A stretch of 56,325 nucleotides of DNA, filler included, from Sphacelaria rigidula (Eukaryota): the NCBI GenBank assembly GCA_964200075.2. It is 6 parts of 6 records of this genome, joined end to end, with 100 filler letters (N's around TTAATTAATTAA, not from the genome) between each part and the next. Parts side by side here need not be neighbours in the genome. Positions count along the whole stretch, not along the records: positions 28,215 to 37,518 come from CAXNAA020008798.1; positions 37,619 to 46,922 come from CAXNAA020008799.1; positions 47,023 to 56,325 come from CAXNAA020008800.1; 3 more parts are not named here. One strand, written 5' to 3'. Under the pieces are notes generated by a model. The model saw nothing but the letters and a program-made list of their open reading frames with translations, did not search any database and was not told the origin of the DNA. Each line of letters opens with the position of its first letter. Positions within the stretch are counted from its first letter, which is position 1. Below, in pieces: positions 37,107-50,150 of the stretch. Made by a program: the position numbers and the translations under genes.

Positions 37107-37268
37107 TCATGAACGATAGTCCGCGTTGATGTGTACGTACTCCGCCGTAAGATCGCTTCCCACAACGGTCGAACATCCTGTCCCGGCCCCAATGTCAATC
37201 TCGATGGGAACCTTCCTGAAGTGCGGAGGGTACGGTAGGTGGTCCCCCTCGGAGATCATCTCGGCGTG
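37107..37268 (-). CDS. argJ: Last exon of ornithine/glutamate acetyltransferase (ArgJ family)
   Basis: CTAAC branch site and CAG| acceptor; encodes [53 protein letters not shown], matching the ArgJ C-terminal DLTxEYVxINADYRS signature. Confidence 0.88.
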   Translation of the reverse strand, partial: HAEMISEGDHLPYPPHFRKVPIEIDIGAGTGCSTVVGSDLTAEYVHINADYRS

Positions 37269-37875
37269 CTGGCAGTCCATCGTTAGACACAAGCGGTTTC
37301 GGACCGTACCCGCGGCGGATGGTACCGTTCGCAAACGACGAGGCATTGAGCCGTGTGTTGCGATGACGGAGGACGCGCGCGGTTGGGGATAAACGGGGGA
37401 GGTAATTGAGCAAATGATTGTCTTCTTGTTGGGGGGGGGGGGGGGGGGGGGGGGGGAAACCCCCAACCCCCCCCCCCCCCCCCCCCCCCCACTTAGTGCA
37501 AGAGAGTGGTGAGGGGGGNNNNNNNNNNNNNNNNNNNNNNNNNNNNNNNNNNNNNNNNNNNNTTAATTAATTAANNNNNNNNNNNNNNNNNNNNNNNNNN
37601 NNNNNNNNNNNNNNNNNNAGTAGAGGTGGTGCCCCCCGTGCCAAAGAAATGGCGATTTAATGTGTAAACCACCGGTGGGGGAAAAAAAGAGATTTCCCCC
37701 CCCCCCCCCCCCCCAAGCGTCATTGCTTGCTTTGGAGTGTGTTTTGCTATTAACCTACCCAGCCTTTGAAGATGATGCACCACAACCTCCACCTGTTATT
37801 GGCGTCTTTGGTTGAAATTTTAACTTCTCTTCATCTGTGAACCTCAATTTCTCCGTATTTCACTGAACTGTGCAG

Positions 37876-37991
37876 GTGTGGGATGAGTGCGTTGACACAT
37901 CGGTGGAAGCGGACTTTGTATATTTCGGGTGCGGCTATCACATCTTGCAGCTACACCCGTCAAGGCCTGTCACCGACATGAGGGTGGATAG
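37876..37991 (+). CDS. Putative exon, unknown protein
   Basis: TGCAG|GTG...GATAG|GTGACC; open frame VWDECVDTSVEADFVYFGCGYHILQLHPSRPVTDMRVD; phase 2 matches the next exon. Confidence 0.4.
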
Positions 37992-38557
37992 GTGACCCTT
38001 TACATGGTTTGGTATGAAGACTAAGAGCACACACGATCTGAGCAAGGAAGCACGATTTGAAAGCTGAGCTGTAGTGAAAGACGTTTTGAATCCCATTTTT
38101 GTGTGTTTGTGTGATCGAGGGAGGCGAGTTACGTTTGTCACAAGTGCCATGCTAGCAGTGATGTTGTTGTAACCACCACAAGGAACATCACGACTCCATG
38201 TTACATGCTATGCAGCATGGAAAGCACTGCAGAAAGGTTGGGCACCTCATGAATTTCGCCGAACCTCGCGTTTCCTGTACTCGTCCATCGTGCATGCACG
38301 CGGCACTGCATGCCGTGCGGCTTGAGTGATGCTACTACTGACGACAGGACCATGCTGTGTCTAGATAATGCCGATGGTCTACAAGGTATCGCAGGTTGTC
38401 ACTGATTTCTTGCGCGTAACCCCCTGTTATTCTGCTGGTGCTAAATGTAGTGTTGCTGGCCCTAGCCCCAAGGCTGTCTATCCCGACAAAGGCCGTGTTT
38501 AGTTGATGAACCCTTTGTTTCGTACATGCCCGATGTCGAACTCCAATCTGTCCACAG

Positions 38558-38756
38558 CTGGATCCACTATGAACGGAAGTTAGAGGAAGCCGTGCTGACG
38601 TACCGTGCTATCAAAGACAGACGGAAGACGTATTTGGGGGAGGCGTTCATGACGACGAACGCTTTTTTGGAGAGTAAGCTTGTGGATCCGATGCTCACTC
38701 AAATCCACCAGTACACACAAAACGACAGAGCTGTTGTGGATGCATGCCGTCTAAAG
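38558..38756 (+). CDS. Putative exon, unknown protein
   Basis: CCACAG|C TGG...AAG|GTGAGA; open frame SWIHYERKLEEAVLTYRAIKDRRKTYLGEAF...VVDACRLK. Confidence 0.45.
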
Positions 38757-39027
38757 GTGAGATCTGGGGGTGAGAGCGGGGCGAAATCTCATTTTTTTCC
38801 TTCTAGTCTATAATAATACGGCGGTTATGCTTGTTCATGTCGACTGCGATATTACGACAGTGATGCACATTTAACACCTTGCTTGTGAGCAATACGTCGG
38901 CTTCAAGTCATGACATTCATGTCACCGTCTCACCGTCTCATGATCTACGACACTTTGGAGTTTATCGGGGGTGTTCGGGCATGGGAACGCCACCATCATG
39001 TTTGCCTTTTGTACGATACATTTGCCA

Positions 39028-40922
39028 CACAGTTATGGGCGCGCCTGATCCCCCAAACTGGGCAAAAACAGTGTCACCGACCAATATCACGAAAAGACAC
39101 AAACACATCGACTTTTGGGGCTTATTCAGACTCGTCGGGTGAAATATGACTAACGTCATCGGAAGAGAACGACATGGATCCAAAATTAATATAGAGAACC
39201 CTACCGATACTTTCGTTGTTGTTCCACATATATTGCATGCCACTGCGTAGCTTTTCTTCCATGCTTGCGATAGGCTGGAATGCCAGGAGGCTAGTAGGGT
39301 TGATCCAACCCAACGCACGCCGAGAACCCTCGGGCAAGGGCGGTACATACATTCTTTGAACAAAGTGAGGCCGTGGTAGACCCCAAATCTGCGCCTGTGG
39401 CGCCAATTTCAACGAAAACACATTCTGCTCACACGAGGAGCCCACGGGACTGTCAGTGCTACTTGAAATCCGATTCTTGTTCTACACATTCAAACCAAGT
39501 GATATCAACCATGAACATTTGTAGCCCAACGCCTGAAACAGGAACGCTGAACCGTTTATATTTGCAAAATCATATGCTCAACATGCGACAGAACCACATG
39601 TACTGATGAACTACGACGAGGACGGCCCTTACACAGACGAGTGGAGTATAGTCGCCGGGTGTGTTATGTAGGCTGGGCGGATGTTGGTCGACTTCATAGT
39701 CATGTTCATCGTTCTACAATTTTAGCGGATGAATGACTCGCCCTTTGCAAGCGTATTTGTTGTTCCGTGGGTATGCCTTTTCATTTCATGAATATGCATG
39801 ACTTCCATCCGACTCCTAGGATATCGTGTTCCAAGAGGGAATGAAAACAAACCGTCGGTCGTCACCCACCACTGCCGATACAACGAACGCGTGTCTTAGG
39901 ACGGGTTGGTGCACTGAAAGACATGAATGGGGCTCCGGTGGCATGTGGCTTGAGCAAAAGTGGACTGACGACTTTATGCTGTCTTCTGTGTCGCCTTGAC
40001 GCAGTATAGCTGACCATTCGGGAGGGGAAGTTGATCCATCTTGATTTTATTGTGAACACCGAAATCCGGATTTTTTCATGGGAGCTGTGCTTCTAGCATG
40101 CTCTGTGGCTTTCTTTTCTCCTTCAGTTCAGAGTTTGTTCACACTTGCCGCCAGTTGAGATTAGATACAAAGCTACGGTATCGATGGTGGTGTGGTGATG
40201 GCACCGGGTGCAGGACAACGAATGCTACTCTTGCCACTATCACAAGCGATGCACAAATGGGGGTAAATATCCGCAGACACGGAAACCTCTAGGGGTTCGG
40301 TCAAAGGTTCAAATTCTACACCTGCCGAACATTCCACACATGCGATATATCAACCATCTGCAGTATCAAGAGTCATTCATGGGTGTAATCTATTCTGAGG
40401 CCGTTGGACAGGGGTGACGTTTTCGCATGTCTTGAAAACTGGCGAGGGTTAGAGGTGCAGGTTTGCACCCGTAACCCAAACGGTTGCCCCCATTACTCAT
40501 CGCCAAGGCGATCGATTGGGATGCGATTTTTTGCATCATCTGCGCCAAGACGGCAGCTACAAATTCGGTGGTCGATTTTTTTAATCTCATCGGGATTCGA
40601 GTTTTATATCAAATTAAGTGGAAAAAACACGTTTGTTTTGCCGTTTTCTCGATCACCATAACTCCTTTGGTTCTACAATGTTTCCAGATTGTAGCTTGGA
40701 CAAATACACGCTGGTAAGTAGCCTAGGCACGCCGTGGTTCGTAGCACAGGACAACGAAAATAGGAAATCATCGAGTGGAAACCCCACTCAAAGCACGAGT
40801 ACTTGGGGGGATTTTACGGCATGCATAATCAGGGGATGAACGAGATTTCCGGTCTGTTCGTGCTTTTGGTCGCTGACACGTTTTTGGCTCATTTTGGGGG
40901 GTCAGGCGCGCCCATGACAGTG
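39028..40922. mobile_element. TIR element (1.9 kb), superfamily unresolved
   Basis: Left end CACAGTTATGGGCGCGCCTGATCCCCCAAACTGGGCAAAAACAGTGTCACCGACCAA; the right end is its ~60-70-bp imperfect reverse complement. No clear TSD. Confidence 0.75.
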
Positions 40923-43900
40923 GAGAAGACATGAGTTGCCAGTGAAACAAACCTCGATATTTCTACCGCCGGGTTTCGCGTTCCGGTTGTTCTCGAATGT
41001 TCAGTCGAGCTGCTTTTGTCTTTCAGCATGAATGCACCCCCTGTAGTGACATGGGTTGGGGGCCAACAGCGAGTTTCGGAAACCTTCTTTCCGCACTTGA
41101 GGATTTTCGCACTTGGGGTTAGGGAGCAAGGAAGAAAAGCCTGTAACGACACGTTTTCGATCCCGAAGTAAAGTTCAAAACGGATCTTTCGTAATCAGAG
41201 TCCTGCTTGAGACCTTCGTGCTGAAGCATGAAGTCGCGCTTTAGAACTCAGGATGGCAACGAAGGACACGAAGCGCACCCACCGTCACCACCGTCACGGC
41301 CAGTTCGCAGTTCACGATCAACACACCCATTACAAGCAACGTGGGGCATCCATCGGGCATCCATCGCGGCTGCCATCCTTATCACAATAGACCGTTCGCG
41401 ACGTAGCAACGCTTGACACCGCCGACAAGCGATCTCCCTGCGCCACCATGCATGGAGTCTCGGGAAAAAATGTTGCTAGACCGGGTGGAGCCAACCTCGT
41501 CCAATTTGGATAAGTACGTTTCAGAAAATCCGAACGTTGAACTAGTATTTTGTCTCCCGTTGATGAGTTCATCCCCGGACAGGCTGCAGTAATCACCAAG
41601 GCTTTGATGGAGGGGTTGGCGCCGGAAACGATTGAGCAAGCCGTGCTTGTCAAGTTGCAGAACGAGGCAAATTGGAAGACCTACCCTACCTGGTAATGGA
41701 CACCGTCGTGGCCGAGGCCAAGGAGTGGCGGAAGATGGAGGTGTTCGGCCAGTCGTCCACCTCCACGCCGAGGGCTTTGCGCCACCACGGCTCGAAATCG
41801 GCCGGCCGCGCCACGACCGTCCCTTGCCACCGCTATGGCCAGGTTGGCCATTACGCGCGCGATTGCCCAACGTCTTCCGATGGGGAGTCTGAATAGTCTC
41901 ATGCCGTGCGCCATCAGCATCGTCAGCACAAGGGCAAATGATGAGGTACTCGTTGTGGCGGCGGCGGCCGATCCTCCGGCGGTGGAGGGTCGTAGTCGAG
42001 TTCTCAGTAGTAGCAACAGCAGTAGGGGCAGCAGCGTCAGCATGGGTCTGGTTCTAGATCCGGCGCCGCCGTAGGTGCTGCTGCTCGCCAACGGGCGTTG
42101 CAGGTGATACCGACTTGTACAGTGTCGAACACTGCGCCGCTACCGGTGGTGGCACCCGTGGCGACGCCGGCCGCAGCGCCAGGCGCAACGCCTGCTGATG
42201 CGCTGTTTGGTGTTTCGCCAATTTTTTTGTCTCCTGGCTGGGCGTCATACCCGCCGGCGATGCTGTTTGAACCTGCCGGGGCGTCTTCGCCTGCGCAGCC
42301 TGCGCAGCCGTGGCGTCACGTGGGATCAGCGGCGCATCGACTGGCGGCGGATGAAGTCTCGGTGGCATTTGTGTACAAGTACGTTTCTGCAGAGCTGTGG
42401 TTTCAAAATCAACCGGAGCGTGGAGCCATTGTGGTTCGGGCTGTGTTAGATTCTGGCGCCCATTTCACGAGTCATGTGAGTCTGTCGGTGTAGATTGTAG
42501 AGATGTTGGAGCGTCTTCTCCCGGGTGTGCTGCTGCGCATTCCGTTTCGCTCGGGGTGTGGCAGGCCGTCACCGCGTCGGGTCAGCATGTTTGCCTCACG
42601 GAGCGTACTGTTCCGCTGCAGCTGGCTTCCACGACGTCCTGGGGGCCGCCGCCGTTGCCTCTGATCTCGTTTGCGATCATGCCGGGGTCGGATGGCGTCA
42701 TCCTTCTGGGGTTGCCGACGCTTCAGGATCTCTGAGTCGACCCGTATGCGCGGTTGTGGGACTCCATGAAGACGCGGATGTCTCCGCCTGGTTCGCGCGT
42801 AGAGACGCCCGCCTTTTTGCGCAGTCGTCGCATGATCTCGTCGGTGTATGCTCTTCAGGAGGCTGGGGGGCAGATGGCCGAGGAGCGGGATAAGGCGGTG
42901 GAATGCTTGGTGGAGCGCGGCCCGGAGATGGTCATGGATCCGGCGAAAGAGGAGTTCGCTCGAAAGGTTGCGCTGGAGAAAAGCGTGACGGATGCTGTTG
43001 CGAAAGGATTGAGCGTCTCAAAAGCGAGGCGCCTGCGCGGCATCTTGCATCTTGCATCGCCGTGTCAACGCGTTTTGTCGTGCGCTGCGGGGTGATCCCC
43101 CTGTTCGAGGGGAGCCCATGCGTGTTCAGCTAAAACCTGGGGCGTCTGCGGTGAAGACGAAGCCGCGGTGGTACGATCCGGTGAAGTCAAGTTGGTTAGC
43201 GTCGTGCATGGTAGCTATTTTGGCGCCGGGGTTGGTGTTCCGGAACTTGCAGGCGGTGTGGTCCAGTCTGGCTATGGCGGTTCGGGAGAAGGACTCTTTT
43301 TGCCTGGTAAGCGACTACAAGACCGTAAATGAGCGGGTTGAAAAGTCGCGGGGTGTGATGCTCAACCAAAAGTCGGACATGCGTGATGTGTTGAGTGCTC
43401 GGTTTTTGGGCAAGTTGGACCTTCTCCAAGGTTTACTGGCAGATGACGTTGGAGGCGGAGGCGCAGGAGATTTTTACAATCACGACTCCGTTTGGATTGT
43501 TTACCCCGAAGCGAGTGCCGCAAGGTGTGCTGAATGCCACGACATATCTTGAAGGCATCATAACAGGACTTCTCGTCGGCTTAGAATACAAGATGTGGGT
43601 GGATGGTGTGTTTTTTTTTCGCGGGCACGGAGGGCGAACTTTTAGACACGCTTGATGCTGTCTTGGTTCGTTTAGAGGATGTTGGTCTGTTTGCGGCTGC
43701 GCACGAGTGTACCTTTTTTGCTTGTGAATCGTGTGGTGTGGGAACGTGTACTCACACGGGCGCATACCTCTTGACCTTGTCAGATTGCAAGGCTTGTCTG
43801 ACATGCGTGCCCGGAGACGGCCGCAGAATGCAATCAATTCTCTCAGACCGTGAATTGGGTGCGTACCTCGTTGCCGCGTATGGCAGAAGTCGTAGCTCCC

Positions 43901-46150
43901 TTGCGTTGTTCCCTCGAAGAACTCATGGCGGGTGCTGCGAGGCGGACGAAGCTTGTGGCAAAAAAACGCGCTACTCCGCCTGCATCGTGGATGGAGGGCA
44001 GGTTGCAGCCGTGAACAGCAGCGAAGGATCTGGTGGCTCATTCCGTGACGCTTTTTCCTCCTCGTCCTGATTGTCGGGTGTTGATGTTGCCGGATGCATC
44101 TGAGTGCCATTGGGGTAGTTTTGTCACGCAGGTGCCTGAAGTTGAAATGCAACGGCGCTTGCCGGTCGAGAATATGACGCATGAACCGCTGGCTTTTCTC
44201 AGTGGTAGTTTCAAGGGTTCACAGTTGCGTTGGGCCACAAGTGACAAGAAAGGTTTTGCTATCGTGAGCACTTCACGTCGTTTGGAGCATTTTTTATGGG
44301 ATGACGTGCACGTTTTCACGGATCACCGAACTCTCATGTATATTTTCAACCCGGAAGCGTGCGTTACGTCTGTGTCGAAGGGGTTGGCACAACGTTTGGA
44401 GCGTTGGAAAGGTGTTACTGGCCAGTATCGTTACTCGATTTGTCATATTTCTGGTGACCGTAACGCGTGGGGTGACTTGCTCTCGCGTTGGGTGAATATT
44501 CCGGCTCTGCCTGTGCGCGCTGTGGCCGTGTATGGTCCGTGTGAAGCTGATGACTCGATGCCGTCCAAATCCGTTGTCCGCCAAGCGCAACGGAAAGACC
44601 TTGGGGCCGAAGATGCGGGTGTGCAATCTTTCGAGTCGGACGCCGGTACTGCTATCTTGGACAATGAAGGTATGTTTCGTGTGCATGTGCGTGGCCGAAA
44701 CGTTTTGTGGATTCCGAGTTGCGAGAAGCAGTTGCAGATAAGTCTGATGATTTGCGCGCACATGCGCGATGCGGGGCATCGTGGTATGGCTGCGAAGCTC
44801 GTGCGTTTGCAAAAGTTTGGTGTCTGGCAGGGGATAGAAGCACATGTGCGCGAATTTGTCCGCCAGTGTCTTCACTGTGCTGACTCGAGGGCGGGCGATG
44901 TTGCTCCCCGCCCGCTTTGTGAAGCGGTCCATGGGACCATGCCGAATATAGTCACTGTGCTGACTCGAGGGCGGGCGATGTTGCTCCTCGCCCGCTTTGT
45001 GAAGCGGTCCATGGGACCATGCCGAATAAAGTCGTTCATCTTGACTTCTGGTACGTGGGCGAAAATAGCCCGTTAGCTTCCCAAGGTTTGTCGGAGGATG
45101 CTGGGTCTCGATACATTTTGATGTATGATTTGAGCAACTTCGTGTCTCTGAAACCGGTAGCAGTGTGTACTGCTGAATCGACTGCTACATCTTTGCTCAA
45201 CTGATGCAAAACTCTGAGGGTGCCACGTTTGTGCGTGAGTGATACCGCTACGCATTTCAAGAATGCGATCTTGGCCCGATTGCAATAGGCTTTGAACGTT
45301 GATCACCAGTTTACGGTGGCGCAGTCCCCGTGGTCTAACGGCACGTGCTGATGCATGTCCAAGGAAGTAGTTCGTGCTCTTCGCTCTATTCTTTTCGAGC
45401 AGCGTGAAGCGGTTCCCGAGTGGGTGCACGTGTTGCCTGCGGTGCAAGGGGCGCTCAGTACAGCGTATCGTCGTCGTTACGATAGTACACTGTACCGCGT
45501 GATGTTCGGTCGTGCTCCTCGGACGTCCTTCTCGGTGTTAGCGTCTTCGTCGGTGGAGGCATGGAATCGTGATGTCTTGGATGATGGTCCAATTAAGCGT
45601 GCATTGCAAGGAATCTTGGATTTGCAAGAACTTTTCCACGTTCAAGTGCAGGATTGTGTTGCCGCTGATTGTACCCGTACACGTGAGGGGTCCTCGTCGG
45701 GGCTGGAACTGCCGAGTTAGACAACTATATCTTGTATGCACGCGCGCATCATCTGGGCGTTACGCCCAAGTTGATGGCGACGTGGACTGGTCCGTGGAGA
45801 GTGGTTGGTGCTCACCATCCGCACGTATTTGAGATCCGGAACATTGTTTCGGGTCGTGGTCAGACCGCCCATGTAGCTCGTTTGCGTTTTTATGCAGACT
45901 CGCAGCTTAATGTTTCGGCTGCCGTTAAGGGCGTGTTCCAGCACGCTTTCAGTCAGGGGCAATTCCAGATGGCTGGTATTGTCCGGGTGGTAGAAGCAGA
46001 CGATCGTTCGTTGATCGCGTTGGTCGACTGGGTTGGTTTCGAAGTTGAGGAGCGTACGTAGGAGCCTTTCAAGTATATGTAAGGCTACTCCGGGATTTCT
46101 CGCGAAGCTTTGGGGGTGCTGTAACGAAATTACGCGGTTATGCTGAGTTG
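40923..46150 (+). mobile_element. Decayed Ty3/Gypsy LTR retrotransposon with chromodomain
   Basis: Order: gag zinc-knuckle remnant CHRYGQVGHYARDC (~41825), protease VLDSGA (~42445), RT (KLDLL, FTITTPFGLF, VPQG; ~43050-43900), RNase H (DASECHWG, FTDHRTL), integrase (H..GH..C..C, SD.ATHF, PWSNG) and chromodomain LVDWVGFEVEERT*EP. Possible LTR edges GTGACA|TGG (41051) and GGGGGTGC|TGTAAC (46120). Many stops and frameshifts. Confidence 0.92.
44873..45028 (+). repeat. 80-bp tandem duplication frameshifting the integrase
   Basis: CACTGTGCTGACTCGAGGGCGGGCGATG...CATGCCGAATA at 44873 and again at 44953. Confidence 0.9.
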
Positions 46151-46586
46151 GTAGTGATATGGATACTGACCGGGGGCACGGGGATTCTGCAGGATTCTGG
46201 CAGGATTCTGGATAATGATCGGGGGCACGAGGATGACATCCTGCGGGCCTATGAGGCTGTGCTTGCAAGGGCACTCCGGGTAATGAAATATTATAAAAGC
46301 TGGCAACTGGAACTGAGGCCAGTGATACTGGGAAGCCCCCCAAACAGCGGTGATCCAGCCGTTTTCTCCTGGCTGGCGTCGCAGTGCACATTGTAGCCTG
46401 ATTATCACATACGTTTGTCAATACATATATGCTACCACAGCCTGGGCCAGATTTGAGCACACGACAATACTGCACTTCATTGTACTGCACTGAACTGTAA
46501 TGTGCTAAATTTCACTGCACTGCGTACTGCACTGTAGTGTAGTGTGGTGCATTTCTGTACGGTACGGCACAAAAATTATTGTAATG

Positions 46587-46922
46587 TACTGTTATGGGTG
46601 CGCCTGACCCCCCAAACTGGGCAAAAAAAGTGTCACCGACCAAAATCACGAAAAGACACGAACATATCGACTTTTGGGGCTTATTTAGGCTCGTCGGGTA
46701 AAATATGCCCAACGTCATACGAAGAGAACGACATGGATCCAAAATTCATATAGAGAACCCTACCGTTATTTCCGTTGTTGTTCCACATATGCTGGATGCC
46801 ACTGCGTAGCTTTTCGTCCATGCTCACGATACGCTGGAATGCCAGGAGGCTAGTTGGGTTGATCCAACCCAACGCACACCGAGAACCCTCGGGCAAGGGC
46901 GGTACATACATTCTTTGAACAA
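46587..46922 (+). mobile_element. Left end of a second copy of the 39028-40922 TIR element, cut by the scaffold end
   Basis: Collinear with 39028-39363. Confidence 0.85.
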
Positions 46923-47022
46923 NNNNNNNNNNNNNNNNNNNNNNNNNNNNNNNNNNNNNNNNNNNNTTAATTAATTAANNNNNNNNNNNNNNNNNNNNNN
47001 NNNNNNNNNNNNNNNNNNNNNN

Positions 47023-47788
47023 ATTTGTATACCTCCACCAGGGTTTCGAGTTTTATGTTTGGCGTGTTTCAACAGCCCACAGTCCCGTAGGTGTCTCGTG
47101 TGTTGTGGCGTGATGTAGTGATGTAGCGTCACTGCCGCAGAGAGGTCATCACCACCCCACTAACACCAGTGCCGGTTCTTTCGAGCACATAAGTAAGCGA
47201 CCATGCCCCCCTCGTTCTTGCTAGAGTTGAATCCTTCATCGAAGGATCGCAGAACTACCCGCCAGACAGCGTCAGTCCGCATCACTACTCTCTCAACGTT
47301 TTTGCAATGCTTTTACTAGGAGACCGACGAACAAGGCGTATCGTTTTTTTGTCTCGTATGCGCGAAGCGGGCTCCATGGCGCATCGGCTGCGGCATGTGA
47401 TTTCATGATTTGTATACCTCCACCAGGGTTTCGAGTTTTATGTTTGGCGTGTTTCAACAGCCCACAGTCCCGTAGGTGTCTCGTGTGTTGTGGCGTGATG
47501 TAGTGATGTAGCGTCACTGCCGCAGAGAGGTCATTACCACCCCACTAACACCAGTGCCGGTTCTTTCGAGCACATAAGTAAGCGACCATGCCCCCCTCGT
47601 TCTTGCTAAAGTTGAGTCCTTCATCGAAGGATCGCAGAACTACCCGCCAGACAGCGACAGTCCGCATCACATGTCTACTCTCTCAACGTTTTTGCAAGCT
47701 TTTACTAGGAGACCGACGAACAAGGCGTATCGTTTTTTGTCTCGTATGCGCGAAGCGGGCTCCATGGCGCATCGGCTGCGGCATGTGG
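47023..47788. repeat. Tandem duplication, ~385-bp unit, two copies
   Basis: ATTTGTATACCTCCACCAGGG starts at 47023 and 47408; the units are nearly identical. Confidence 0.9.
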
Positions 47789-49229
47789 TTGCTTCGTGTG
47801 TTGTTGGTTGTTGTCGACAGGATCACTCACAAAGGCGCAGCCAGCACGCCGGAACATCCAAGAAAAACGCGGCGTGACCCCATTATGACGGTCTGCCGGA
47901 CAAAACGCAAACATCCATTTGCAAAAATCTGTGCTTGCCGACCCCCGCCAGTTTGCACAAAATTCTGTGAGACTCGGGCCCCGAATCTTGGCCACGGATT
48001 TTTTCACTCAAAATGTCGATAAATCTGTACCCATGAGATGGGTGTCACACGAATTTTGAAGATCCGGGGCCGAAGATCTGTTGCCATAGCATCGGGCCTA
48101 ATGTCAATAATCGGTACCTAGATATCAGGAAATTGCCGTTTACTCACGAGAAGAAAGAATCTGCTCGTCCCGACTAACAGCTTTTCAACATGCCCTATTC
48201 TTCCTCCGTACCAAATTTCAAAGTCTAACTCGCAATATTGAGGTAAGGCGGCAGAAGACGGGGCAATTTAGAAACCGGGCTGGGCAGGCGAAAATCAGAG
48301 GCGAACAACCAACAACCCTCATACAACTCATGCAAAAAAAAGCCGAAAAAAATCGCACAGTACCCTGTCCGGTGTACAAAAATTATGTGCTTCTCATCTG
48401 CTACCGAGCCACCCGCCCGCCACCTGGTGAAACAACCCGAGAATATGGTACTGCTATCCTAAGAATGGAGAGATTATTTGCTCTGGTTCATCGCGCGCCC
48501 TGCTGTACGAAGCGGCACGTCCCCACTCCTCGTCCAGGCGAGTGACACTGGAACTTACCCGTAGGCCCCCCTTTGTTGCACTTGAGGAGCGTGGCGGCTA
48601 CTAATCGATCGCTGTTAGAAGTCCGTTGGCGTCCATTCGTGCAACACCTCAGTCTAGGCGAGGCTCGTTTCATGACCGTCGACGACGGCTTGATGAATAC
48701 TACGTCCATTAGAGAGTTTCGGAAAATATTTTTTCCCATCTTCGAGTCAGAGTGGAAGGAAGAATAGCCGGTAACGGTGCACATTCCACTCTGATTTGTT
48801 TCTTTAGAGCGATTTTATCAGAGTGCCGTTTGCACCTCTTGACCCTGAAAACCGTTGTTCCTCTTCAGAGTTCATAGCGGAATGAAAAAGAACCACGCCC
48901 ACCTTCACCACCATGGTCACGTCCAGCCCAAAGCCAATACACCCTGACAAGCAAAGTGGCACATTTATCATCCGTCACAACTGCAATGCTCATCACAATG
49001 GGCCAATGACTAAGTAGAAGAGCTTGGCATCGCAATCAGAAGACCTCCCTGACGCCGCCATGGTCTCAGCATTCGCTTGGTTGTGTTGCGTGAAAATTTA
49101 AATGCTCGACAGGTGCAATGTTGCCTCAGGTGCAGTTCCCCACTCTTGCCAGCTTCCGCTGGAAGAAGACGGTGGGAACGATTCGTAGTCTAGACTTCGA
49201 AAAACGACTTCGACCTCCGTCGGACCCCC

Positions 49230-50150
49230 GAAAAACGGTGAAAAACTCAAGAAGTAAAAAAAACATCGTCCGTAGAAAGTCGATTAATACACAGCATAGT
49301 TATGCAAAGTTTCAGGATCTAACTCCTAATGACGGCGTGAAAGTTTGCGCGTTTGTGGAGGACGTGGGCTTGAAACGTGCAACTCCCAACTACTTGGTTT
49401 TAGTATGGAAACTTCTTTTGGGGTGAATTTGACGTCAAGGCAAGAAAAACTGTGTGAGGTTTTCGAGTTTCTCCACCAAACTTTGTACATGAATTCCTTG
49501 GACTCTCCCGGGACGCATCATTTCATTATTTTTCTTCTATGGCATTCTGTATCGACTTCCGGGAGTCTTCATGCTGAGACCCCCAGAAGCCGGTAGAGAA
49601 CGGAGAAAACATGATATATTGTCAAGAATACAATTTTTCCATTTTGATCATCAATACCTACGGAACTGCCGAGTTTGAGGGCGATCTGAGCTTTCCTACA
49701 ACATATATAGGGGACACCGTCACGAGACTCCCTGGGTCTTTCGTGCGTATCATCAGTGAAAATTAGACGACGCCAACACCCGACATCACCGAAACATCAA
49801 GGCTACGGGTATAATTCGACCCCCGTAGAAACCGTTTTGAAAATATATTTTTCTCGTTAGATTCCCGTGTCGATGGCGGTTACTACGATTTGAAGCATGT
49901 AGAGATTGGGTGAAAATTGGGCTTGGTATTCGTAATTTCGATTTCGGAACAGTTTGAAGGGCGCTGATTGGCTGAGACACATTTTCGTCCATAGCGCCAC
50001 CGCTACGGCCTTAAACAAAGCTTCGGCTATGTCACCCTCTTCGTTTCTTTATTGCGGTCAGTATGATACCATATATGCGACTATTGGGTGCGTATTGCGG
50101 AAGGCATTTGTTGATGACACAATTTTGGGTGATCACCGTGAACCAGCCTG
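49230..50150. mobile_element. Left-truncated member of the TA-flanked TIR family
   Basis: Right end AATTTTGGGTGATCACCGTGAACCAGCCTG|TA; 49570-50100 is collinear with 17835-18362. The left boundary is approximate. Confidence 0.8.

Noticed and set aside
39028-46922. ~335-bp direct repeats flanking the Gypsy internal region read as LTRs
   Set aside because: They are left ends of a TIR element (inverted partner at ~40855-40922), lack TG...CA ends and are not adjacent to the putative PBS/PPT.
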